From a virus: a stretch of 56,368 bases of DNA. This document shows, one piece after another, positions 26,259-34,173 of the stretch. The number at the start of each line of letters is the position of its first letter. Positions within the stretch are counted from its first letter, which is position 1. The stretch spans positions 1-56,368 of the IMG/VR virus record IMGVR_UViG_3300045988_080971; one strand, given 5' to 3'. A model generated the notes under the pieces. It did no database searches, was not told the DNA's origin, and saw only the letters and a program-made list of their open reading frames with translations. The position numbers were made by a program, and so were the translations under genes.

Positions 26259-26577
26259 ATATTTACAGCGTAAGATTATATTAAATAGTATAGCATACTA
26301 TGAACTAAATACAAATAAGCTCACAGATAAACAGTATGACGAGTTGAGCAGGCAGTTGGTAGCTATGCAAGTAGAATACCCGAACATAATGGACACTCAG
26401 TATGGTTATGTGTTTTATGACTTTGATGGTTCAACCGGGTTTGACTTGTATCATAGACTTAATAGGCATGACAAAGAATATTTATATAATATAGCTTGTC
26501 ATGTTTGCAATGATATAAAATCTATAAAGCAAGCAAAACCTAAACCAGTCAAGAAAAAGAAAGGAGTATTATTTTGA
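26215..26577 (+). CDS. Small protein resembling the NAD-ligase (LigA) domain Ia, with basic ...VLF tail
   Basis: IEYLQRKIILNSIAYYELNTNKLTDKQYDELSRQLVAMQVEYP resembles LigA Ia; no KxDG adenylation motif. Confidence 0.35.
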   Translation: MQSFPRRWNIKTKIEYLQRKIILNSIAYYELNTNKLTDKQYDELSRQLVAMQVEYPNIMDTQYGYVFYDFDGSTGFDLYHRLNRHDKEYLYNIACHVCNDIKSIKQAKPKPVKKKKGVLF

Positions 26578-26765
26578 CAACAAACGAAACAAAGAAATAT
26601 AGAGCATGGTTTTCCAAACAGTGGATAATTGTATGTAAGCAGTTGAAGAAATCGAGCATAGACTGGAATCATGTATATATTACACCTTCTCCACTTTTGA
26701 AAAATCCACCGGAGAGGAGTGAGATACTTGGAACTGTCGGAATTGATGAAGAAGATTTCTGGTAA
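26574..26765 (+). CDS. Hypothetical protein (63 aa)
   Basis: TTG start overlapping the upstream stop. Confidence 0.35.
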   Translation: MTTNETKKYRAWFSKQWIIVCKQLKKSSIDWNHVYITPSPLLKNPPERSEILGTVGIDEEDFW

Positions 26766-27678
26766 TGATATTCCTCATTATCTAGTGTTGTATGGGCAAG
26801 AACAAACTGTATTAGATATGTACATTAAGCAGATAGTGAGCATGACACAATCACAAGCAGTATATGTTGATACCGTAGCAAGTGTTATAAAGCAATGTGG
26901 AAAAAAGAGTCTCAATAAATCTGTGAAATGCTATATTGTATCAGACGACCTGTCTTATCTTAAAGCAGGAACTGTTTGGGATAAGATAAAGAAAGATTTT
27001 AAAAAAAGTAAGGACTATTTGATATTGAGGTATCACACATTAGACAAGAGAGATAAATTTTCACACAACAATAAGGAAAATTTAACTGAATTTGCGCATT
27101 TAAGTGCTGAGGTGCTACAACAATACATCTATAAAGATTTACCGGATTTAAGTGAAAAAAATGCTTTATCTTTAATTGACTACTGTAATTATGATTATGG
27201 TAGAATATTGATGGAAATTGACAAAATCAAACAGTATATGTCGGTTAGAACAGACCTAACAGTAGATAGTTGTTTCAATCAGTTAGATAGACAAGGATTA
27301 TTTCATAAAGAAATCGGAGATATAACATTTGAACTTACTAATGCGGTGTTGGGTGGATATACAGATCAAGCTATTGTGAAATTGGACGAGGCAAAGCGCA
27401 AGAACGAACCAGCTATGATGATAGCCTCAATTTTATATAACGGATTTAGAAATCTTTTAGCATATCAAGGACTCGGTAAAAATAAACAAGGTGCAATGGA
27501 AAGGACTGGATTGACTAAAGGTGAATTATACGGATGCTCAAAAAACATAGGTGGATATAGTTTATCAGAAGTAAAAAGAAATATGTTGTTCTGTCAGCAA
27601 GTAGAATCCGGAATAAAAACAGGACTAATTGATGAAGATATAGCACTTGATTATTTAGTATTGCATTGTTTAAGATAA
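26719..27678 (+). CDS. Clamp-loader subunit, delta (HolA)-like (putative)
   Basis: PHYLVLYGQEQ N-terminal pattern, size and operon position; start uncertain (GTG 26719, TTG 26728 or ATG 26746). Confidence 0.45.
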   Translation: MRYLELSELMKKISGNDIPHYLVLYGQEQTVLDMYIKQIVSMTQSQAVYVDTVASVIKQCGKKSLNKSVKCYIVSDDLSYLKAGTVWDKIKKDFKKSKDYLILRYHTLDKRDKFSHNNKENLTEFAHLSAEVLQQYIYKDLPDLSEKNALSLIDYCNYDYGRILMEIDKIKQYMSVRTDLTVDSCFNQLDRQGLFHKEIGDITFELTNAVLGGYTDQAIVKLDEAKRKNEPAMMIASILYNGFRNLLAYQGLGKNKQGAMERTGLTKGELYGCSKNIGGYSLSEVKRNMLFCQQVESGIKTGLIDEDIALDYLVLHCLR

Positions 27679-27744
27679 TATGTTATTATGTATTTGTTGT
27701 AATGTTCATGCCTTCACTGGTGTTTTGTTAGTTTCTCTTTTTTG

Positions 27745-27787
27745 ATTCCGTATTCGTTTGACCATAGCGAGTACGGAATTTTTTTTA
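27745..27787 (+). terminator. Intrinsic terminator
   Basis: 12-bp stem attccgtattcg/cgagtacggaat (one G-U), 11-nt loop, T8. Confidence 0.85.
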
Positions 27788-27806
27788 TTTATTTTTCAAA
27801 AATCAC

Positions 27807-27835
27807 TTGCAATTCTTATTTGTATGTGTTACAAT
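27807..27835 (+). promoter_or_regulatory. Promoter cassette P5 (TTGCAA-N17-TGtTACAAT)
   Basis: -35 at 27807-27812, -10 at 27830-27835; conserved flanks. Confidence 0.75.
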
Positions 27836-27886
27836 ATAAACAGTTAATAGAGAACAACAAACACATAAAATAGGAGGTACGAAGAT

Positions 27887-28165
27887 ATGAACAATGATGT
27901 AAAGGAGTTAGAAGAGCAGGTAGTAATTACAAATAGACAAAAGGAGATAATAAAGGTAGTAAACATGAAAAATTATAAATTTGGTGCGCTGGGTAACATC
28001 TGGTATAGAGGTTTTGGCATGTTGGACACAGAAACTAATACGTTTGTGTCATTCACTGGTTTTGAACCTTGCGTATATGCCAAGAAAAAACTTGTTCAGA
28101 GCTTTGTAGATTCTGGATGGCCGCTTGGACAGAAAAGGATAGCATACACAAGAATGGAGGTGTAA
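27887..28165 (+). CDS. Hypothetical protein (92 aa)
   Basis: TAGGAGG RBS; first ORF after P5. Confidence 0.55.
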   Translation: MNNDVKELEEQVVITNRQKEIIKVVNMKNYKFGALGNIWYRGFGMLDTETNTFVSFTGFEPCVYAKKKLVQSFVDSGWPLGQKRIAYTRMEV

Positions 28166-28170
28166 TATAC

Positions 28171-28389
28171 ATGAAAAATAAATATACAAGAATTACAAGA
28201 GCTGAGTGTGAAGCAAGAATCACAGAAAAGCTCAAGGAAATCGAATCTATAGCAAAGGAGTATGATTCAAATATAGATTATTTGGATATGACTATAAATA
28301 AAGAGTGTATATCTTTTAATAATTGCTATTGGGATTCTACTTATAGGAAATTAAATTATTTTGAAGTACGCAAAGGAGAGAAGATATGA
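28171..28389 (+). CDS. Hypothetical protein (72 aa), paralogue of the C-terminus of 23417-23815
   Basis: GGAGGTG RBS; ECEARITEKLKEIESIAKEYD motif. Confidence 0.5.
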   Translation: MKNKYTRITRAECEARITEKLKEIESIAKEYDSNIDYLDMTINKECISFNNCYWDSTYRKLNYFEVRKGEKI

Positions 28390-28535
28390 GAACATTAACA
28401 GATGTACTTAATTATGCAAGAGAAAAAGGAATGGCAGAAAAGAATATTGCTAGATTAGCTGATGAAACACCGTTCAAGATGACGGATGACGAATACAACA
28501 ATATCATACTTGGTATTGATTGTGAGCTGGAATAA
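28386..28535 (+). CDS. Hypothetical protein (49 aa)
   Basis: ATGA overlap; below the track's length cut-off. Confidence 0.35.
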   Translation: MRTLTDVLNYAREKGMAEKNIARLADETPFKMTDDEYNNIILGIDCELE

Positions 28536-28545
28536 GGAGGTTCAT

Positions 28546-28725
28546 ATGTTTAGAAATTTTGTGTACATAGCTATAACAATAATGTTAGCTGGATTATGTT
28601 TATATGCCATATATGACTATATCATATTAGAGCATGAGACATGGAGAAATGTTATCACATGTGGAATAAGTCTTGTTAGCATGATGGTGACTACATTAGA
28701 AATAGATTTATCAGATAGAGAGTGA
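28546..28725 (+). CDS. Small membrane protein (2 predicted TM helices)
   Basis: AAGGAGG RBS; hydrophobic stretches FVYIAITIMLAGLCLYAIY and ITCGISLVSMMVTTL. Confidence 0.5.
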   Translation: MFRNFVYIAITIMLAGLCLYAIYDYIILEHETWRNVITCGISLVSMMVTTLEIDLSDRE

Positions 28726-28734
28726 GGATGAATA

Positions 28735-29109
28735 ATGATAACAGCAAAAAATAAAATAATATCAAGAGGAGATGTGTATTGGGTAGACTTAGATAGGATA
28801 CCTAAAATAAATACACACGGGCAGAGAGGAAAACGTCCTTGTATTGTTATTAGCAATAATACAAATAACGATTATTCGGACATGATACAGATTGTTCCTT
28901 GTACAACAAAAGAAGATTATCTACCACAACATACATATGTGTACTTAATGCATAGTGTCAAATCTTGGGTACTTCCTGAGCAAATATTAAGTATTGAGAA
29001 AAAATATTTAGGTGAAAAGTGTTTTTATTTAAGCCGAAAACAATTTTCACAGGTGGAAAAAGCAGTACAAATACAATTAGGGATGTGGAGGAATAATGGA
29101 AGAAATTAA
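28735..29109 (+). CDS. MazF/PemK-family endoribonuclease toxin homologue
   Basis: ISRGDVYWVDLD...GKRPCIVISNN...IQIVPCTT...ILSIEKKYL follows the PemK fold signature. Confidence 0.7.
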   Translation: MITAKNKIISRGDVYWVDLDRIPKINTHGQRGKRPCIVISNNTNNDYSDMIQIVPCTTKEDYLPQHTYVYLMHSVKSWVLPEQILSIEKKYLGEKCFYLSRKQFSQVEKAVQIQLGMWRNNGRN

Positions 29110-29254
29110 ACAAACAATATGTAAAAGATGTAATAGAAAGTTACGAAACCCAAAAGCTATAGAGCTAGGAATGGGTGAAGTATGTTGGAGAAAGTATCAA
29201 GCAGAAAATAATCATAAGAAATTATGGGAAGATAAAACAGAACAGGAGGTGTAA
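29096..29254 (+). CDS. Small DUF6011-like Cys protein (52 aa)
   Basis: CKRCNRKLRNPKAIELGMGEVCWRK, same motif type as in 22512-23048. Confidence 0.45.
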   Translation: MEEIKQTICKRCNRKLRNPKAIELGMGEVCWRKYQAENNHKKLWEDKTEQEV

Positions 29255-29260
29255 AATAAT

Positions 29261-29476
29261 ATGGAGGTTCTGGTGAACAAAGATGAAACAACCTACGCTT
29301 TTAAAGATGTTGGAATGGGTGAACTTTTTATGTTAAAATCAACCCACAAAATATATTTAAAAGTAGCTCAATCTTATGTTGTGGATATGATAGAACAGGA
29401 GGTTTGTTGTGATACGATTGGTCAGGAGGAAAAGTGTATTATTGTGAAAAGTGCTACTTTATCAATAACTATATAA
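29261..29476 (+). CDS. Small protein, tandem paralogue 1 of 3
   Basis: AGGAGG RBS; shared VLVN...G.LF...IY.K...I.I pattern. Confidence 0.55.
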   Translation: MEVLVNKDETTYAFKDVGMGELFMLKSTHKIYLKVAQSYVVDMIEQEVCCDTIGQEEKCIIVKSATLSITI

Positions 29477-29497
29477 TATAATAAGGAGGACAATAAT

Positions 29498-29725
29498 ATG
29501 AAAAATAATGTAGTAGTAAATATATCAACCCCAAATGCTAAGGTGCTAGCAGATCTTAATCCTGGAACCGTGTTTAGACTTGCACAGGATGACTATAATT
29601 TTGTGTATATTATAGGCACAGAGGAAACAATAATATGTTTGAATAATGGACAGACAATAGTGGATGCATGTATGGATCAGATTGTTTATCCAGTGGCAGA
29701 TTGCAAGATTTATATAAGTTTATAG
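29498..29725 (+). CDS. Small protein, tandem paralogue 2 of 3
   Basis: AAGGAGG RBS; same length class and pattern. Confidence 0.55.
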   Translation: MKNNVVVNISTPNAKVLADLNPGTVFRLAQDDYNFVYIIGTEETIICLNNGQTIVDACMDQIVYPVADCKIYISL

Positions 29726-29746
29726 AATAGGAGGATAAATTAGCAT

Positions 29747-29965
29747 ATGAGCATGGATGTTTTAGTGAACCCGGTCAAATGTAGTATATTCAAAACTTTG
29801 TGTATTGGGGATTTATTCCGTTGCTGTGACGGTATGGATAAAACTATTTATATGAAAATAGGTTCAGACGCGGCACTGGCATTATCCTCAGGACTAGTAA
29901 TAAATATGAGTGAGGAAACCGATGTACAGCCAGCGCAACACGCTACGATCACAGTTTCAATATAA
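29747..29965 (+). CDS. Small protein, tandem paralogue 3 of 3
   Basis: TAGGAGG RBS; same pattern. Confidence 0.55.
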   Translation: MSMDVLVNPVKCSIFKTLCIGDLFRCCDGMDKTIYMKIGSDAALALSSGLVINMSEETDVQPAQHATITVSI

Positions 29966-29977
29966 GAAGGTGTATAT

Positions 29978-30160
29978 TTGAATAATCAAACAAATTGTAA
30001 AGATTGTACTGATAGATTTGTAGGGTGTCATAGTGTTTGCAGTATATATATACAGTATAAAAAAGAACTAGATCAAAATAGATATGCAAAGATGAAATAC
30101 AACCAAACAAAGTCTGATTGTTATGAGACAAGAAGAGCTTTTTATAAAAAGCAACATTAA
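29978..30160 (+). CDS. Cys-rich hypothetical protein (60 aa)
   Basis: TTG start; CKDCTDRFVGCHSVC. Confidence 0.4.
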   Translation: MNNQTNCKDCTDRFVGCHSVCSIYIQYKKELDQNRYAKMKYNQTKSDCYETRRAFYKKQH

Positions 30161-30172
30161 CAACACATTAAC

Positions 30173-30212
30173 AAGTATCTAACATATAATTATGTTAGAT
30201 ACTTTATTTTTT
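30173..30212 (+). terminator. Intrinsic terminator (end of the early/middle region)
   Basis: 14-bp perfect stem aagtatctaacata/tatgttagatactt, TAAT loop, T-run. Confidence 0.85.
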
Positions 30213-30268
30213 GCATAAAATCATATATAATAAATAAAAAATTCAAAACCGGCGGGGCAGGTGAGAAC

Positions 30269-30487
30269 ATGGATACAGGTAAAATAATATATAAATTACA
30301 ATCAGCATTAAAACAAAAACATGTATATATAACTATAAATACATATCAATTTTATAGTGCTGAAAAAGATAGATATATAAAGATGTATATAGCTAAAAGA
30401 GGGAAAAATAAAATAATAGAAACTCCCTCACAAATACAAGTAATTAAAGCATTAAATGATATATGGCAGGAGGTAAAAGATGACTAA
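30269..30487 (+). CDS. Hypothetical protein (72 aa)
   Basis: AGGTGAG RBS; first gene of the packaging module. Confidence 0.5.
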   Translation: MDTGKIIYKLQSALKQKHVYITINTYQFYSAEKDRYIKMYIAKRGKNKIIETPSQIQVIKALNDIWQEVKDD

Positions 30488-30923
30488 AGAAACAGAGAGA
30501 GAAAGAGAAGCTAAAAAGCATTTGACTAATAAACAAATTAACTTTGCATTAGCTTATACAGAATCTAATAATATAACTCAATCAGCTATTAAAGCAGGAT
30601 ATAGTCCTAAGACCGCCGCAGTACAAGGTTGTAATCTATTAAAGAACATTAAAGTGGCGGAATACATTGAAGCTATCATGGAAAGGCTTGAATCTGATAA
30701 GATTGCAGACATTCAGGAAGTAATGGAGTACCTCACATCAGTGATGAGAGGAGAAGTTAAAGATCAGTTTGACATGGATGTATCTGTACAAGATAGAACA
30801 AGAGCCGCAGGTGAATTGGCTAGGCGTTTAGATGTTAAAGCTAAGAACTTGAATATTGAATGTGCAGTAAATATTATAGATGATATTCCAGATGATACGG
30901 AGATTGAAGATGCCGAAGATTAA
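30480..30923 (+). CDS. terS: Terminase small subunit
   Basis: LTNKQINFALAY...GYSPKTAAVQGCNLLKN HTH typical of Terminase_2; precedes TerL. Confidence 0.75.
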   Translation: MTKETEREREAKKHLTNKQINFALAYTESNNITQSAIKAGYSPKTAAVQGCNLLKNIKVAEYIEAIMERLESDKIADIQEVMEYLTSVMRGEVKDQFDMDVSVQDRTRAAGELARRLDVKAKNLNIECAVNIIDDIPDDTEIEDAED

Positions 30924-32172
30924 AGGAAAAGCATTAACTAAATGTATAGGAACAGCCTTCTATACATTGCATAATGATATAAAGAATCATAGACATACCT
31001 ATTATGATCTTACTGGTGGTAGAGGTTCTTTGAAGTCATCTTTTGTGTCTGTTGAAATTATTCACAATATGATGAAAAAAGAGAATCGCAAAAAACACGC
31101 TGTCGTCTATAGAAAAGTTGGAGATACATTAGAGACTTCTGTATATGCACAGATTGAATGGGCTATTGATATATTAGGTGTATCACATTTATGGAAATTA
31201 ACTAAATCTCCCATGAGAGCTGAATATCTTCCAACCGGACAGAGGATCATATTTAAAGGACTTGATAAAGCCGCTAAATCAAAATCAATAAAAGTGCCTT
31301 TTGGATATATAGGCTACTTATGGTTTGAGGAGTTCGATGAGTTTGCCGGGGAAGAAGAAATAAGAAAAGTTCAGCAATCTGTAATAAGAGGCGGAGATGA
31401 CTTTATAGTATTTAAGTCAATGAATCCACCGAAGTCAAAAAGAAACTGGGCGAATGATTACATTGATAAGGAAAAGCTAAAAACAGATACAGTTGTATCA
31501 CATACCACATATTTACAAGCTCCAAAAGAGTGGCTAGGTAAGCAGTTTATAGATGATGCTGAATGGCTCAAACAAGTAAATCCAAAAGCTTATGAACATG
31601 AGTATTTAGGTATACCCGTTGGAACAGGTACAGAAGTATTTGATAATCTTGAAATACGCAGAATCACAGATGATGAAATTGCAAGATTTGATAAACTGTA
31701 TAGAGGTGTTGACTGGGGCTGGTATCCAGATCCATTCCATTATGGTTGTATGTATTATGATAAAGCTAGAATGATTCTTTATATATTTGAAGAGTTTAGA
31801 ACCAACAAAATGAAGAATCCTGATACTGCTGAAGTATTGAAAGATGAATTTAATGTTGGAAGATATGATATAGTCACTTGTGATAATTCAGAGGAAAAGT
31901 CTGTTGCTGACTATAGAGCATTTGGAATAAATGCAAGACCTGCAGAAAAAGGTCCAGGATCTGTACGTTATGGAATGAAGTGGTTGCAGTCACTTGTTAA
32001 GATAGTAATTGATCCTATACGTTGCCCGGAAACTGCAAATGAATTTAAGAAGTATGAGTATGTATTAGACAAAGAAGGTAATCCAACATCAGCATATCCA
32101 GACGCTGACAACCATAGCATCGACATGACAAGATATGCAATGGAACAAGTATGGAAGAGAAGAGGTGCATAG
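30910..32172 (+). CDS. terL: Terminase large subunit
   Basis: P-loop-like TGGRGSLKSS, Walker B YLWFEEFDE, C-terminal nuclease acidic residues (VDWGW, DNHSIDMTRYA). Confidence 0.85.
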   Translation: MPKIKGKALTKCIGTAFYTLHNDIKNHRHTYYDLTGGRGSLKSSFVSVEIIHNMMKKENRKKHAVVYRKVGDTLETSVYAQIEWAIDILGVSHLWKLTKSPMRAEYLPTGQRIIFKGLDKAAKSKSIKVPFGYIGYLWFEEFDEFAGEEEIRKVQQSVIRGGDDFIVFKSMNPPKSKRNWANDYIDKEKLKTDTVVSHTTYLQAPKEWLGKQFIDDAEWLKQVNPKAYEHEYLGIPVGTGTEVFDNLEIRRITDDEIARFDKLYRGVDWGWYPDPFHYGCMYYDKARMILYIFEEFRTNKMKNPDTAEVLKDEFNVGRYDIVTCDNSEEKSVADYRAFGINARPAEKGPGSVRYGMKWLQSLVKIVIDPIRCPETANEFKKYEYVLDKEGNPTSAYPDADNHSIDMTRYAMEQVWKRRGA

Positions 32173-32173
32173 A

Positions 32174-32452
32174 ATGTATGATTATAAACAAGAGTTTTCT
32201 GATAATGTTGATATATTAGGTCAATCATATAGAATTGAATTTTTATCAGAGGATAAGGATTCAAAATTTGAGGATGTGGATGGTTATATAGATCACACAA
32301 TACATCTAATACGAGTTGCATTTTTACAGCCTACCAAGGATTCTGTTCAGGATTTAGCCACATATGCTAAGAAAGTAATGAGACATGAGATTGTACATGC
32401 TTATTTATATGAATCCGGATTAGCTGAAAGTTCTTCTTCTGTTCATAACTAG
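32174..32452 (+). CDS. HExxH metallopeptidase-like protein, ended by an in-frame TAG with 27 further sense codons open downstream
   Basis: RHEIVHAYLYESGL motif. TAG at 32450-32452, then the same frame stays open to the TAA at 32534-32536, filling the otherwise empty gap. Confidence 0.5.
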   Translation: MYDYKQEFSDNVDILGQSYRIEFLSEDKDSKFEDVDGYIDHTIHLIRVAFLQPTKDSVQDLATYAKKVMRHEIVHAYLYESGLAESSSSVHN

Positions 32453-32550
32453 GCTACTAATGAAGAAATGGTTGATTGGATAGCTAGACAGTTTTCAAAA
32501 ATGAAAAGAACAATGGAAGCATTAAACTGCTTATAAAGGAAGGTAAGAAA

Positions 32551-32817
32551 ATGATAGATCAAGAATATAAAGACAATGCTCATGCTAGTTATTATGGAGG
32601 TAAGGATAATCCTTATGAGTGCATCAAAGTTATAAATGCTTGGGGAAATAGAAATCGCTGGGATTATGCAGATGGGTTTTATTTAGGCACAGTTCTGCGA
32701 TATATAAGCAGAGCCGGTAGAAAAGATAATAACTCAAAAGTTCAAGACTTGCAAAAATGTGTAAATTACCTTACAATGTATATCAGTGAATTAGAAAATA
32801 CAGAAAGGAGCAAATAA
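32551..32817 (+). CDS. DUF3310-family protein
   Basis: YYGG..NPYECIKVI...GTVLRYISRAGRKD...DLQKCVNYL pattern. Confidence 0.55.
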   Translation: MIDQEYKDNAHASYYGGKDNPYECIKVINAWGNRNRWDYADGFYLGTVLRYISRAGRKDNNSKVQDLQKCVNYLTMYISELENTERSK

Positions 32818-33492
32818 ATGGCGAAATATATAGGTACTATGTCAGATGGTCGTATTATCAATTTAAAATCAGTCGATGATAAAATAGTCCGCATAGTACA
32901 GAACGACAAGGACACGACTATTATAGATTTTGAGATCACAAAGGATAAAAGTCTTGAGGGTGTTTCAAATTCACAACTTAATATCTCAATACACTATGAC
33001 AACATCGACAGAGACACAGGCGACAGAGTCACAGATATATACACTATGAGTGAATGGTCAGGTGATCCAAATACGATTGAGTTTAGCTGGATAGTCGGAA
33101 GTAATGCGAGTGTGTACGCTGGAAAGTGTCATTTTCAAGTGGTTATCACGGTTGTTGATGAAAGTGGTGTTATTACTAAGCAGTGGTCAAGTACAATATG
33201 CAGTATAGAGGTTGTGCGAAGTCTTGAAGATGTGAACATCACTCAGCCTAAGTCATTTATAGACTATATTACACAAGTAAAAAAATCTGTCAGTGATAGA
33301 AATACCAAGATAGCCACAGCTATCACTGAAAAAGGAGTGGCTACAGAACCAACAGATTCGGCGGATGTGATGGCTAGCAATATAGGAAAGATACAAACAG
33401 GTACATCGAACTCACAGATATTAAGCACAACAATGATAGCCGGCGTGGTGCAGTGCCGAGTGACACATGAGATAGATAATACATTAGATTAA
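32818..33492 (+). CDS. Hypothetical structural-like protein (BppU-N/DUF2479-like Ig domain?)
   Basis: IEFSWIVGSNASVYAGKCHFQVVI...IEVVRSL pattern; weak recollection only. Confidence 0.3.
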   Translation: MAKYIGTMSDGRIINLKSVDDKIVRIVQNDKDTTIIDFEITKDKSLEGVSNSQLNISIHYDNIDRDTGDRVTDIYTMSEWSGDPNTIEFSWIVGSNASVYAGKCHFQVVITVVDESGVITKQWSSTICSIEVVRSLEDVNITQPKSFIDYITQVKKSVSDRNTKIATAITEKGVATEPTDSADVMASNIGKIQTGTSNSQILSTTMIAGVVQCRVTHEIDNTLD

Positions 33493-33506
33493 AGGAGGAA
33501 GTATAT

Positions 33507-33998
33507 ATGTTGGCAAATAATTTCGCCGGGCTTATTAGTGTAAACCTTCAAAGCACCTCAGGCAATTATGATGTATGTAAAACTACAGAAGGCAAATCAG
33601 CCAGTGCAAGTTACTCCTGGCTTAAACAGTTGTTTAGCGCACTATTGCCTTTAAAAAATGTGCCTAGCTCATCCGCAACCGGAGTTTATTTGGTATTAGG
33701 AACAGGCACAACACCAGCGACAGTGGCAGATATAAAGCTTGAAAATGTGACAGAGGACTATGAAATTGTCACACAAACAAAGGCTATACCACTGAAATTC
33801 TCAAGCTCTATGATAAATATTACAAGGGTTATACAAAACACAGGCAATGCGCCACTAACCATATCAGAGGTTGGATTATATGCGAGCTATGCAAATGCTT
33901 TTACAGGAGCGATGATGTTAGCACGTGAGGTCATCGAACCGGTAACGTTGGAACCCGGCGAGAAGCATTCGTTCACAATGGATTTGTGTGTAGAATAG
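33507..33998 (+). CDS. Hypothetical protein (163 aa)
   Basis: AAAGGAGG RBS. Confidence 0.5.
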   Translation: MLANNFAGLISVNLQSTSGNYDVCKTTEGKSASASYSWLKQLFSALLPLKNVPSSSATGVYLVLGTGTTPATVADIKLENVTEDYEIVTQTKAIPLKFSSSMINITRVIQNTGNAPLTISEVGLYASYANAFTGAMMLAREVIEPVTLEPGEKHSFTMDLCVE

Positions 33999-34070
33999 GA
34001 GAAGATGCAGTGAGCGTAAAGATTAAAATAAATATCCCACTTGATATTATCAATTTCAAGTAGCTCACAA

Positions 34071-34102
34071 ATAGACAAGGCTTTATGTCTTGTCTATTTT
34101 TT
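34071..34102 (+). terminator. Intrinsic terminator
   Basis: Stem atagacaag/cttgtctat, 9-nt loop, T6. Confidence 0.8.
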
Positions 34103-34173
34103 ATGTTGTTGTGTAAATTAACTAATCATGTTATTATATATAATAGATTTTAAATTTACCAAAGGAGATTATC

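Noticed and set aside
30205-30268. Sigma-A-type late promoter after the terminator at 30173-30212 (TTGCAT near 30211 and tataat near 30226)
   Set aside because: The spacer between the two hexamers is only about 9 nt, so this is not a functional -35/-10 pair. The late-gene promoter, if any, is not recognisable by eye here.
6212-32172. Inteins, introns or homing endonucleases in polA, dnaB, recA, terL or the primase
   Set aside because: All these genes have uninterrupted motif order and normal lengths. No HNH, LAGLIDADG or GIY-YIG signatures were noticed.
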